From Pelomyxa schiedti (Eukaryota; Protista; Evosea): a stretch of DNA of 40,431 bases. Shown here piece after piece: positions 15,901-28,854 of the stretch. Each line of letters begins with the position of its first letter. Position 1 is the first letter of the stretch. Made by a program: the position numbers and the translations under genes. The stretch covers positions 1 to 40,431 of the forward strand of contig JAHLWZ010000257.1 in NCBI GenBank assembly GCA_020536535.1. Direction: 5' to 3'. A model generated the notes under the pieces. The model saw only the letters and a program-made list of their open reading frames with translations. It did no database searches and was not told the origin of the DNA.

Positions 15901-18256
15901 TCACTCACTCAGAATCTGTCTTCTTTTTTTTTCCCTTGTTGCTGTTTTTTGTTTGTGGTGATTGTGGTGACTGTGGTGGTGACGGTGCTGCCTCCAATTG
16001 TTTGCTCTCAGTTGAATAGTGCTCTGTTACACATGGATTGGTTTTGTGAAGAAGAGACCGTGAGGAATTTACCCGGATCATAGTCTTGATTGTGGGAGGA
16101 GTAGACGCGAGGGCGGCCAGTGCAGACATGTGCCCGATTTGTGCATCCATGCGCTGCTCATTTTCTGCAGAATCGAGGGTTTTCCCAACCCGGCTCAGAA
16201 TCAAACACACAGCTTCCACGTCTTTTTCAGCAGGTGGTTTGTTCTTTTGACGGAGGAAGTTCTGAATTCATTGCCGGAACACATGGAACATACCGGTGTG
16301 CTGTTTAGAAGCCTCTCCATACAGTCGTACAATATTTGCCCAGGCAGTAATGAAGACTTCAAGAGTTCACACATGAAGGCGATGTGGCTATTAGGGGATG
16401 ACTGTTATGCAGGTCAGAAAAGGTGGGAACGTACCTCATGTTGCGGCGCCTAAGACGATTGTATTCTATCTTGTGGTATTCACTCCAGCCATTTAAGATT
16501 GTTAGCTGTCCTGGTTGCATGAAGGAAGGAGGTTGCCGTATTTGTCTGTGGAATTCAAATTCTCTGCTGCACTTGTCGAGTAGAACTTTTCGAAACAACT
16601 GCCAATTGGGTTGACAAGAAAGTACCTTTGGCGGGGAGATACCTCCGGTGTGCTATGAAAACATGAGGCCAAATCAGGTGGCACGAATAGGTTTTCGCAC
16701 AGGATAGCGCAAAGCCTTGCGTAAAGACGGTGAGAGCCAAGAATGCCCTCGTTGTAAATTTGAAGTACGACAGCTGCAGAAAGTGAGCAAAGAAAGTTTG
16801 CCGCTGCACATACACTCGAACATATCAACTCCCGGAAGGTGAAGTCTTGCCAGTTCGCTGGAAATTGCGTCAAAGGTTTTTTCAGACAACCGTTTCAGGC
16901 ACCTGTGGACTTGTGAATTTTTTAAATGCAAAGGGAATTATGTGCAACCCGTTGACCTGTTCTTGGATCTCAGAAGGAGGAGGAATCTTGGGAGCTTTCC
17001 ACCCAATCAGTACATTCGAGAAACGCACTGGAGGGGAGATGCGTGACAAATCCATAGTGGCTATTGGGTAACCAGATGTTGCCTCAATAAGGGAAAATTC
17101 TGTTTCGTGGTTCACAGCGACGAGGAGCCCGCAACCTGCGCCCACTGTCTTGAGAGAAAGGTTGTGGAGAGGTTTTGTAAGGTTATTGACATCGAAGATA
17201 ATGGATGCCGTAGTGTTTGTGATACCCACAAGGCTGTCACTGATTTTGTGGATTACACCAGCACAACAAAGTGGAGTTTCCTTGACTTGGAAACCACCAA
17301 TATCTACAAGGGACACAGCACGGGAAGCATTGTCAACTTTCAAGAATTTTCCGCTCGGGAATATTGCTTCATCTGGTACACAGTGATTCTGCTCGTAAGT
17401 CATGGAACACTGGGAGGGGCACAAATACGAGAACACAATAGTCCCTTGTGAATAGGTTTTAGCCAAGTCCACACGAATGAAAGGTCCCAATTGCGTGGCA
17501 TTTCCAAGCAGCACTGTTATCTCGTCGCCACGACCTATTTTCGGGTCACAGTTGCTAAAGTCAAAAGCAACTGCCCACAGCCGTGACGTCACAGCCGCAG
17601 AAGCCGCAGTTGCCTCCCCATTTCCGCGACCAGGAGCGAACCCCCACGAGACTTCGACAGGCTGCGTCAACGGTCCCGGACCTGGTGCCCGGCAAGTCCC
17701 ATAACTGCATTCTCATCTGGTCGTTTACCACGCACCACTTGCCGTTGCACGCGGTGCGGCCCTGCCACTCCCCCACGAGGATCCGGGAGCACGACGGCGG
17801 CGACGACGACGAAGAGAGCGACCACGGCGGCCGCCCGGGGTCCGGCACCAGATCTCCCACCACAACCAGCCCGCGGCACCACTGGTAGTCCTCGACCACG
17901 GCGCCCCAGCGGCCGTCGGCGAGCGCCACGACGCGCACGCCGTCTCGGCGGAGGCGGGGGTCGCGCCACAGCGCCGCGGGGCCGACGACGCCGCCGGTGT
18001 GGGAGAGGCACAGCGAGACGGCGGAGCGGCGGTGGTCCGCCAGGGCGGGGCCCAGCAGGAGGCACAGCAGCACGCGGACGGCGGCGCGGCGGGCGACCCA
18101 CCGGCGGCCGATGGAGGAGACAACGGAGGGGTCGAGCAGCCGCACGGGGCTCGCGGCGCCGCCGCCGCGGCGGGAGGAGGAGCAGCGAGGGACCAGGCGC
18201 CCCGCCGCGAAAGCTACGAACTGCGCCCGCCCAGAGACGAAGACGTTAAGCGCCAT
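15901..18256 (-). CDS. Orphan expanded-family protein (beta-rich domain) fused to a C-terminal MIF4G (eIF4G-middle-like) domain; apparent frameshift near 17680 (may be a pseudogene or an assembly error)
   Basis: N-terminal RAQFVAF...SPVRLL motif resembles the 35-37 kb paralogs; the C-terminal exons read EQVNG|CLKRLSEKTFDAISSEL, LYARLCAIL, FRKVLLDKCSREFE, EAVCLILSRVGKTLD, IQLRANNW, which are MIF4G-like helices. Confidence 0.7.
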
Positions 18257-20585
18257 CAAATGGGAGAACAATCAAAGTGCTGTCTGCTGTCTATTCTTTT
18301 CACTCAATTCGTGTAAGGCACCTAACCGAGAGTAAACTGTCTCTTTGTCAGGCTGCACGGGAGGGGAACTTCAGGTCAGAGTGATCAAAATGATCATTTG
18401 TCATTTGAATGACAACAAACTCACAGAAAAGTGGTTCCCCGACTCGTCAACTTTTTACGAAACGAATCGTCGTAAGAGTTACATACACACGGGGTTTTGA
18501 CCGCGACAACGCGACATTAAAGATCTGTTAACTGAGGGGATTTGTGAATGGTGAAACTGACTGCTGAGACTGTGCAACAGAAACTTGGGCGTAGGGTGCC
18601 CTACGCCACCACGTCGGAGCTGTCACTCCAAAACATGCAGATCGAAGCCGTGTGTACCTTCTTTTAGAAAAGGAATGCAACTGCAGCGTTTCTTTCTAAA
18701 GTGACCCGAAGATTGGGAACATGGAGAAATTCACTGTTTTGGAGAAGGTTGATTTAAGAGGGAACAGATTCCGATTCCCACGTGAAATAGAAGGCACGTC
18801 TATTTGTTCATCTTGTCAATGCAATCAATAATACTTATACTTTTTATTTCCTTATTTGCAGCTTTGGGTGCAATCAAGGTACACATACATTTAAATGAGC
18901 AGATGGTGTATTTACTTTCGGGAACAGACACTAAGAAACCTTAACCTCAGTGGGGCACAGCTTTGTAGGTCTCCCAACTACAGACTTACTGTTATTGGCA
19001 TTATACCCAGTCTCACTGTATTGGATGATGTCCCTATTACAGAGGTATTTGAGAGCTTTACAGTTCCTGAATTCTAAAAGTATTGGCAGGAAGAACGCCA
19101 AAAAGCACAGCAACTGAAGGAGAATCCCGCCTCAGCTGTATGCGTCAGTGTAATTTTGCTTCAAATTCTTAAAAACCCAAAGGTACCTAAGCGAGGTGAT
19201 CCTGCGAAAGAGCTCTCTGATAGTGACGATGATGCCGGTCCCCCAGCTCTGGGTCCAATTGACATATGTATGCAACTACAACGGATTCCATCGTTTAACT
19301 GAGCTTAGTGACTAAACCAACTCCAGAGCCACCGAAGGCAGCACAACCACAACTGCAACCGGAAGCACAAGCACAAGCACAACCGCAACCGCAACCACAA
19401 CCACAAGCACAGCCACAGGCACAACCGCAAACACAAACACAAACACAACTGCAGCCACACCCACAACCAACACCAGTTACTACCCTAAAGTCTGAGCCAA
19501 TCGCTGACGACCCACTTCGAATGTCTGACCCCCTTAGGACTGCGCTGCCAGTAAACACTACTGCTAAAACTTCTTCCCCCTTAGAGATACCGCCCAAAGC
19601 CACCCCCAAGACTACTGGAACATCAAAGGCAGCGGAACCACTTCCCACCCCGAATCAAACGCCAGCCGCAAAATCCACAACAACAGTAACGCCATCTCCG
19701 AAAGTGCATAAAGAGGTACCTGTGCAAGTAGAACCTGAGCCCGCAACTAAAGTAACTGCGAAGTCAGCAGTCACGAAATCAAGCACTCCGGCTCAAAAAA
19801 GTGATGCAACACCCTCTGCAACCCCCAAAGTTGAGGCAATACCAAAAGCACCCCCAAAATCTGATCCAACCCCAAAAGTTGCTCCCACAGCTGAGCCAGC
19901 GCCAAAAGTTGCACAACCTCCAGCCGAGCCAACACCTGTCGCAACACCCAAGACTAACACAGCACCAAAAGTCTCTCCCACACCCAAGTCCACAACAACC
20001 CCGGCGCCAAAGGGTGACCCAAAAACCTCTTCAACTGCTGAGCCGGTAACACCAAAACCAGCAGCTGCCGCACACCAAACTGAGGCCCGAAGCACAAAAA
20101 CTGAACCAACCTCAAGTGTTACCAAAGCAGCACCAACAGCAAAAACAGGGAGTGCTACCAAGCAAACACCACCTCAAAAAACTACGAGAGAGGACCCAGA
20201 CAGTGGTGATGAATTTCAGGATTCCCGATCTAAACTGAAGATATCGGCCAAGATTCCTCAGGTACTAATCCCATTGATACCCTCCTCTACTGACCCCAAA
20301 TAACAAGGGTACCGGAAATACTGCCCGCCCTCAGCCAATCAAGAAAGTTGATGCCGATGTTTCTATTCTCCAAGACCGGGAAGATATTCTTCAAAAAACC
20401 GAATCCCTTTTTGATGTGAAACCAAAGCGGCCGAACCCCCAGCCCCTCCCAACAGATATTGACATTGATGATGAAGATGACCTCGTGAGTATTCTCATTC
20501 TTCTATCACCGGGCACTCTCTAATATCGCATACAGCTCAAAGACCTCGACGATGACGAGGACCTGGATTTTCTTTCCCACCCAAC
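17520..20585 (+). repeat. Second copy of the duplicated block (matches 1-2995)
   Basis: Direct collinear similarity. Confidence 0.95.
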
Positions 20586-20979
20586 AACAACCTCAAAAGC
20601 TCCCACAAAACCAACAGCCCCAAAATCCACAATAGCACCCAAATCCTCCACCACAACTAGTAAAGCAGCACCTCAAAAGTCCACTATCTCACCAACACCA
20701 ACAGCAACTGCAAAATCAACAACAACCACCTCATCCCCTGCAAAGAAGCCAGCAGCACCAACAGCCCCCACAAAAGCAACAACTACAGCCACAACAACCA
20801 CAACAGCAAAGAAACCCACCACAACAACCGCAGCAGCAGCAACATCCAGTAACAAACCCAAAGGTCCCAGCACCAATAAGTCAGCATCACAGATAGCTGA
20901 TGCTGCTGTACTGGATATTGCATCATACCTAGAGAATGAAGCTGCTTCCTCTGCTTCTTCTGGTGGCTTGTTCGACTAA
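18548..20979 (+). CDS. LRR/LRR-cap protein with a long low-complexity tail; complete copy, multi-exon
   Basis: Same exons as the 954 copy; the last exon from ~20536 reads LKDLDDDEDLDFLSHPTTTSKAP...DIASYLENEAASSASSGGLFD, TAA 20977-20979. Confidence 0.8.
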
Positions 20980-21330
20980 AATACTCATTTCCTATTGCCG
21001 CTTAAACTATCTGAACAAAAAAAAAGTTCTTCAACTGGCACTCAGCCCTACAACCGAGGCAGATCCCCCTCGCAGGCAACACCTCACCCCACAACTGAGT
21101 CATCACCTTCATCAAACCATCACCGAAAAGCGAAAAGGGACAAAACAAGGTGGTGAGTCACAACACACAAGCGACAAAAAGAAAAAAAAAGATACGGGGG
21201 TTGTTCTGTTGGTGTTTGTTGTTTTGAGGTGAATTGTGGCAAGAGACACACACATATTGGAGTTAGTTGCAAGGCAAGGCCAGGCCAACTAGGCGGTGTT
21301 GTGGTGTGGTTGTGGTTGGCGATATCGAAG

Positions 21331-22235
21331 ATGCCGTTGATGACTATGATAGGGCGGATTAGCGACGGGCTGGTGTTGGCCGAGGACATGGACCACGCGT
21401 CGGCCGACGGGCTGGACTCCCAGAGGACACAAGCAAAGGCAATCATCAGGAAGATAGGCGAGACATCCCCTGCTAGGCTACTCATTGACTCGGAAAAATA
21501 CAGATTCTTGTTGAGTGTTACCCCCCTTTTTTTTTTGGCTTCTCTCGGAACATAATAAAATATTATATTATATTAGAATTAAATTTTAATAGAAGTAAAC
21601 CATTGCAACGCGAAGTAGTAACGAACGCACTACAGCTACATTATTCAAAACGGTGTTTGCTATCTCACGCTGTGTGACAACTCTTACCCAAAGAAACTGG
21701 CTTTCAGTTACCTTGAGGAGCTTCAAAAGGAGTTTGATACTTGCTACGGGGCTGATGTCAGAACAGCGGAGAGACCTTATGCATTCATTAAATTTGGTCC
21801 GATGTGTTCATTTGCAGGAAAAAGTTAACGGAATCTTAGATTCCTTCATTCAAAAGACTAAGAAGCTTTACCTGGACACAAGATCACAACGTAATATGGA
21901 AAAAGTTGCAGAGGATTTGCGGGATGTTCAGAAAATAATGACCCAGAATCTTCAAGAAATACTTTCCAGAGGAGAGAAAATATCAAGTACAGTACCCCTT
22001 TCAGTAACTTGTAACAGTTTTGAAATACTGTAATTATTGGACACAAAACCATTTTCCATGTAACACCACCACAGCAATTACAAATCGATCCGAGGAGCTT
22101 GTTTCACAAACTGCAAAGTATCATACCCAAGCCAAGGCTTTCCATAGGTCAATGCTATGGCGAAAATATGCGCCCTACATTCTGGTTGCTGTCATCATTG
22201 TTATTGTATTATTTATAAGATTCTGGCTTTGGTAG
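21331..22235 (+). CDS. SEC22: Longin R-SNARE Sec22 (ER-Golgi vesicle transport)
   Basis: [47 protein letters not shown]|[16 protein letters not shown] motif [21 protein letters not shown]-terminal TM helix [19 protein letters not shown]. Confidence 0.95.
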
Positions 22236-22885
22236 CCATACACAACCCAAACCGCAAACCGCGGAATAAGCAAAATAAAAAGGATCCCCTTGTGGACCAC
22301 AAAAACTTTTTTGGGTATTTTCAGTACAAAACACTCCGTTTATTCCATCAAGCACATTGGAAGTTATCTGAAAAAAAACATTAGTTTGTGAAGTTACGAC
22401 TTGTGTACGAGATAGCGCTGTCATATCTTATATTCTCCTTATGTTTATGCAGGGAAAAAAAAGGATGAATACCGCAATAGCCCGGTTTGCTGCAAGTAGT
22501 GTTGCACTTGAAGAAGTTGGAGCACACCCACCCAGTGTCATCACCATCGGATATCCCAGTCCCACATGATGTCAATGGTGGCAGGCACACTTTGACATAC
22601 TCTCCAAGGGGTGATACTACTGTCACTACCTCACTGTACTTCTCGCTTCTGTTGTGTGTAAACAAAAAAAGAAATGCAACAATTGAACAAAATCATACAA
22701 ATTGTATAGGTCGATTGTCCTATACATGATAGATACCTCAACATCCTGCCATTAAAAAATGTAAACAAGAGAATACAAACAACCAAAACGCATACGCCGC
22801 AGTAGAATTCTTGGTCAGCCATGACCAATTGGCTGGCCACAACGAAAATTCCCACAACAACCAACACCCTCAGAACCCTATTCAT
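22209..22885 (-). CDS. Small secreted cysteine-rich protein, unknown function; 3' end uncertain
   Basis: Signal peptide MNRVLRVLVVVGIFVVASQLVMA-DQEFYC; exons with Cys (VKVCLPPLTSCGTG...WVCSNFFKCNTTCSKPGYC; FCTENTQKSFCG...VCGLGCVW). Confidence 0.6.
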
Positions 22886-23374
22886 TACTGTTTATTATTT
22901 TCTTGTGTTTCCGGGGGTTGTTGCAAGAGGCGGTTGGAAAAACGAAAATCGGTTTTCCATGTAGGTTCTTGTTTGTTCTTGGACGTGGCTGTTGTGCCCG
23001 TCCCGCAGTTGTCACAACAATCAATGTGTCTTCACCCCGATCTCCCGATGGTTTATCAGTGTAGTATCATCATTGTTCCCCAACACCTCGCCTGGGTGAG
23101 GAAAACACCACAGAACAAGGGAACCCTCTCAGTGAGAGGTCTTCTGCAACAGAACAGTGGGAACTGGATGTCCGATTTCGGGGAAAATGGTAGTGTCATA
23201 ATAATTTGCAAGGGGCCTCAGATAGCGACAATTGGTGTCACCACACTTGGTCGTCGTGTCCGGTGCTTGATGCCAAAGAAGTACGTGTGAAACCCCTGTT
23301 GTAACACCCTTTTTTTTTGATACGTTCGTGAGTTCTTATTTTTTTTAAAATAAAGGCGACCAGTGTCAGATCCG

Positions 23375-26300
23375 ATGAACAAAGGTAACAGTGCTTTTAA
23401 TATATTGTATTTCGGACGCTAAGTCTTATTGACGTATTGTTACTGTTGTTGTCCACAGCTAGTACGACAAAGGGCAACCCAGAATGCACAGATGATGATA
23501 ATAACAACTCGACGCGTCAACACCGGGCCCTCACCGTGTGCTTTGCGACTCCAACGCAACCCGCCACTCAATCTGGATTTTTTGCCCAGCTGAGGCGTTC
23601 CTCCAGGGCTTCAAAGTCATTCTCTGCCCCGGTGGTGTGCACTACAGCAACTTCTGCGACTCCTACCGGTACATCCGCATCCGTAGCGACGACCCCCACG
23701 CCCGCGAAATCACCTACAGAAGAACCGCGTGATGCTGAAGAATCATCGTCATCCTCTGCGCAGCTCCAGAGACACACTAGTCTTCAGTTCTTCCCGCCGC
23801 GGCCGTCTAGTGCACCACATAAACCTCCCCCCAAACCTCCCCCACTAACAAGCGAGCAGAATCTGTCGTGTGAGTCTTCTCCTCCCACGAGTGATCCAGA
23901 AAATATCAAACCACAATCACCAATCCCGTGGAATATCTCAGAACCACTTGATCCCCTCACAATGCAAAAACTGTCCCATTTAGAACTCTTAACCGAAACA
24001 ATTCCGACATTTCCAGAAATACAAGATACACCCCCAACACAACAACCATCAGAACCACAACCAGAAAATCGCTTGGAAACTCAATCCACACCCATATCAC
24101 TCACTGACACGCCTCTCTTTTCGCGATCGGAACCTTTAATAACATCACCTGCCTCACCACCCCAAAGTCCCCGAACGGCCCCACCAAGTCCTTCGGCCAC
24201 ACCTCCACCACCAGGGCAGCTTTCCATTGCCGATATAAAAAGAAGACGAATGTCATCAGTAGTCACTATTGATGTAACAGCACAAGATTTTGATGCCAGC
24301 GCAGCGCGATTCAATTGTATGGTAGCTAGCTGCTAGTTATCCTCTCAAATACAAAAAAGCTTCATCACTCGATGAATATCTGATGGTTGTTACGATGAGT
24401 TTCAATATGGCGAAAATGAGATTTGTTAAACTGAGTGATATCTTCCCTCAGGGCTACAATGTAATGCCTCTTGAAATCAACGAGAATTTTATGAATACAA
24501 AATCTATGGCATCTATTTTGCCGGTATGAATGACAGAATTCCATCATCTTCAAACATTGTGAAACAGAAAGAAAAAGTATCTATACAAAATGTAAAAGTA
24601 TCTCTGATTGCTGCTGGCCAAACACCCTTGTGTCAAGGTACATTAGCCTATCTCTACCACAGTATTTAATCCATACAAAGATTTGTCCACTTTAATGCCA
24701 GTCCTCAGCTTTACGTGGAACATTCCAAATGCAACGTCTACCGTTGCTGTTAGAAGTTGGTCGTTCACAACTTCCAATGTTTCTTCGTTTTTCACAACTT
24801 CGTGTCTCATGGACATGTTAGAGTGGCGCTTGGATTGCTATTCCTGATCAAGGCACGCCAGGCACCAGTCACAGAAAAATTCCTGAATCTCTCTTTACAC
24901 ATGACCTCTTGAATTGCTATTCTACAATGTATTTCCTTTTGCACTTAGTTGATTACTAACCAAACACAGCATTGGAGATCAGGTTCTGATTAGAAGTGGT
25001 ATCATTGACACAGCCCAAAAAGTCCGGCAATTTGGTGCTGTACTTCAGGCTCTTGTACCTACTTCTAGCTCTGTGATAAGGGTCTGCAGTATGAGCCTGG
25101 TTGCTACAAGTGCCTGGAATTTGGCTGGTATTCTTCCCGTATAAAAGCCACCACTAATAGGTCGACTAAGAGACGTCAATGGCCAAAAATCAGCATGGAC
25201 TCTTAGAGGGTGCCACTTGGTCAACAAGTAAGTGAACACACATAAATCCTTATTCTTACATTCGACATCAGGAAATATAGAGTTGTTGCATATGGTTGAG
25301 CTTTCTAATTACTGGTATACTGGGTTTCTCACACTATGTTAGAATCTGCAAGGCTGTAAATCGGATTTCTTTGGGATTAAACTCGGGGAGCAGGTTGCAC
25401 TACAGTTTACTTATTTAATCTTAACACGACAAAGGAATCCAGAGCTATGAACGAGACTGCGGCTCGAATGTATAGCAAATGGATGATTGAAGAGCTTCTT
25501 TGCCTCGGAACCGTTGTTCCACCTGCAGACAGTTGTACTGTATGCTAACCCCAATGTATAATTCCGCGGTCATACCTCAGTTGTAACCTCGCCAAGTCGT
25601 TGATATCCGCTTGGAAGCTCAAATTACCCATTCCCGTCGTTCTTAGTCATTTGCTTGAAATTCAAAAGGCAAATGACGCAGCAGCTCCTTATGACCAACA
25701 ATTGAAGATATCCGTTGTACTGAAACTTCTCATTGCCTTTGTATCGGTATGTACTCCTGCAGCAACCCAAAGCAACTCACCAACTTCATTCAGTCCTTAG
25801 AAACTGGCAAAATGACAACGGTACAACGACTGATGGCTGTTACTACCATCAACAGTCTACTCAAAGTAGTCACAGCTATGAACTGCAAGAGTGGGTGTGA
25901 CAGAACCAGCATTTCATTTGCTGTTGCCACAGCTATCAAGTAAGTATCCCAAGGTATTGCCCACAGAACAGCTAATTAATTAGCATGATACTGATTACGA
26001 GACCCGACCCGGAAACACTTTCTCTTCTTGCTGATGTGATCCTAAACTATGAAACAATGGAGCCACCAGAACTAAAGTACAAAAGCAAATATCATTACAA
26101 AAAAGCAATTCCGCATTGGCTAATACTTTACAAAGGGGGCTTTACAACGAGGACGCACTAAATCTGATGCTAGACGATCCCTCGATGTCAAAGAAAATGC
26201 TGCTCATGCTTGAATTCCGCAACTGCTTCTTTGCCAACCTCATAGAGGTAGACTACTTGCTTGCATCCCTCTTCTCACTTTTTATTTATCCCCTAGGTTG

Positions 26301-26540
26301 GATGGACAATAACAATACTGAGTACCGGTGTTCCTGGTCTCAAGATAGGTCGTTCCGGCAGTCTATTTGCAAACCCTGTCGTTAGGAGTTTGGTACCTCC
26401 CTACACTAAGGTAAGGCCATCAGACTGTAGTTATGATTACTTAATAACACCGCACTTGTATAATAGGTAGGGAATCATCTTACTACTATAAATGATGCAT
26501 GTGATTTATTAGTGGGACTGGCACACCTAAGAGGCGGTAA
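23375..26540 (+). CDS. Large hypothetical protein: Ser/Pro/Thr-rich N-terminus and a predicted alpha-helical C-terminal region, many introns; boundaries approximate
   Basis: 299-aa open exon (23437-24336) followed by a chain of GT-AG-bounded exons (e.g. ISAWKLKLPIPVVLSHLLEIQK, RLMAVTTINSLLKVV, MLLMLEFRNCFFANLIE); no family recognised. Confidence 0.55.
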
Positions 26541-26694
26541 GCCCGCCTCGGTGGTCGAACCACAACACAAAAAAGTGTAGGTTTGTTTGTCTTTGTTGTT
26601 AAGAAATGAAAATGAAATCAAGCAACCCTTTTTCCTTTTTGTTCTTTCTTCCAGTGATTAGCTCTATTTGTTTGTATATTCACGCACAATTCAC

Positions 26695-28569
26695 TCAGGA
26701 TTTTGTTGCTAGGTCCGCGGCAACAATATCGCATAGGGGTTTGTGTGTTGGCCAGTGATTTGCTTGGCAATCGCGGGAGCAGTACCTTTTGTTGGGGTAA
26801 GTTGTGAATAGGATGTTAGGGGGTGGGAAAATATACCATTCATTTTTGCATCTACTGCACCGCTTTGATGCGGCGGAGCCGCACAGAGCACAAGTCTTGG
26901 TCCCTTTCCTTGATAGGTCTTCAAACTGAGTAGAGGTGAAGACAGATGCGAGACTGTTTTTGGTGTGGTTAGAATATGCGTATGTGGGAATGGCGGGGCG
27001 GATTTACCTGTCTATGTGGCGTGACTTCTCCTCTAGTGTGATTGTAAACATGTTGGATAGTGTGTGCCTTCTAAGTGCATCCCAGTCCACATTCGTAATG
27101 AAAGACTTCTTGAGGGTACACTCTTGGTGTACCATGATAAGGGATGCAGCTGGTGCAGTAACGGGCGGATCAAATAGAGCCAGTTCATCAAGAAACCGTC
27201 TTTGGGATGGTCGTTTCAAAAAATGACATGCAAGGAAATGGATACCTCAACTCAGATAAAAGAGGAATTTGGTCGATCAAAACTTCTGTGATGTGACGTT
27301 GGCACCTCATAATAGCCGCCTTTTTGGATGTAGTAAAGTGGTATTTCGACCGAAACGTGGGATCAAAAAGAGTGTTGTACAAGGCAAGCCATGCTTGTGC
27401 CTCAGGCTTGCACATGCTGGAATCGCTTCCCGTATTTGCACCCCACACGCCATCATTCCAAACATAGACGAGGCCTTGGGAATTCTTGTAGAGCCAAGGC
27501 TTGACTTCAATTATAGATACAAGTAACTGAATGACATCTAAATGAGAGTTACGAAATACAAGTTGGAGTTCCATTACCGAAAGATTCCAGCAGTGCTGAC
27601 ATAATCCCCAAAGGCATGCTATCCACGTTATCAGTGAGAAAACGCAAAATAGAAAGGCTTCCCATCTCCAGGCCAAATTCAGTTTTCATTTTGATTTCCT
27701 CAAGTTGCTGAAAAAAATGTTTACACAACTGAACATCCAATTTACTGATTACTTGTTGAGGTAGGATCGTGGCACTTTCTTTCACTAACGGGTCGAACAT
27801 CTGGGCGGTGCTTCATTCTGGATGTAAGAGTAAAGAAGTGATCCCGAGAGTGGAGGTATACTGGGACGGAGAGCGAGTTGCCGTGCGAGCAAGCTGCCTG
27901 CAACAATATTCAGCTAATTCCCCAACAAAATCAGCAATACTCTCACATGCAGCTTTGGAATACAGACACACCTCAAGCAAATTGACCAAAGTGAGTTCTC
28001 CATTTATCTATATTGTGTGAGAGGTTACAGAAGCTGTGTTTCTACACACAACAAGCAGCGGCTTTATCAGAGAAGCCACAGGAGGTGCATCCGAGACAAT
28101 AAAAGGGAGGCAGCGCTCGCGCCAGGTCTCCAGCAATACAAGCTCGTGCACAATGAGACCAAGCTTCTCTTGCCTCACCAGCTCTGCCACAGTAGTTTCC
28201 TCCTGTCCATTGCTAACACTGTGGTGCACCTGCAATAGCGAAAAAATAAAAGAGTTAAAAAATGGTACAAGGTACAATGAGAAGGGCACAGCAAACTAGT
28301 GCCACAATTTTCGCTTTCCTCTGGTTCATCTTAGTGGCATTGTTTTTCATCAATCAAACAAAGACGAACCGAGTTGAAAGAGAAATTGGTTGCAACTGAC
28401 AATCACAAAAATGGCACATTGAGCCCCACAAAGTGCGGGCGCGCACCGATACGTTTAACGAGGTCAGCGATCTCATTTGGTCCATCCACTGCGTTGATAA
28501 TCCAACATCAAACAACGAGGTTGTTGTTGTGCCTAGTGACCTTACGATCCTGTCATCATCCTCACTCAT
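26695..28569 (-). CDS. ZMYND10: Zinc finger MYND domain-containing protein 10 (BLU), axonemal dynein assembly factor
   Basis: EKLGLIVHELVLLETWRERCLP, LSILRFLTDNVDSMPLG, DVIQLLVSIIEVKPW, EAQAWLALYNTL, TEVLIDQIPLLSELR|RFLDELA and a C-terminal MYND finger CALCGSAASKRCSRCKNEW|YCSRDCQANHWPTHKPLC. Confidence 0.92.
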
Positions 28570-28854
28570 TTGTGATGGGTTTTTCTGTTTTGAATTTCTG
28601 GGTGTCACCCGTCTAAACACACGGAGTGCACAAGGCTTGGAGTGATTTACAGAAGGGTAAATGAAGGGTCCATGGTGATCAGAGTCTGCCTGAGTGAACA
28701 TCCGTAGACCTGGTGATTTAGCATCACTAAAAGAAAAAATCCAAGCTCGCGGAAATGGTGTGTTCCCGCCCTTTTTTCTTTTATGTGCTACGAGTGTTGT
28801 CGGTGCTAACTCTTCTTTTATCTCCTTTTTTTTTTTTTTTTTGCCCACAAGTCA

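Noticed and set aside
23130-23300. Minus-strand RYLRPLANYYDTTIF faintly like Rho-GTPase RLRPLSY
   Set aside because: No P-loop, DTAG or TKxD motifs and the frame is interrupted by stops; too weak to call
28427-28437. cacaaagtgcg, an 11-nt match to the palindromic-element motif
   Set aside because: Single partial copy inside a ZMYND10 intron with no inverted partner; compatible with chance
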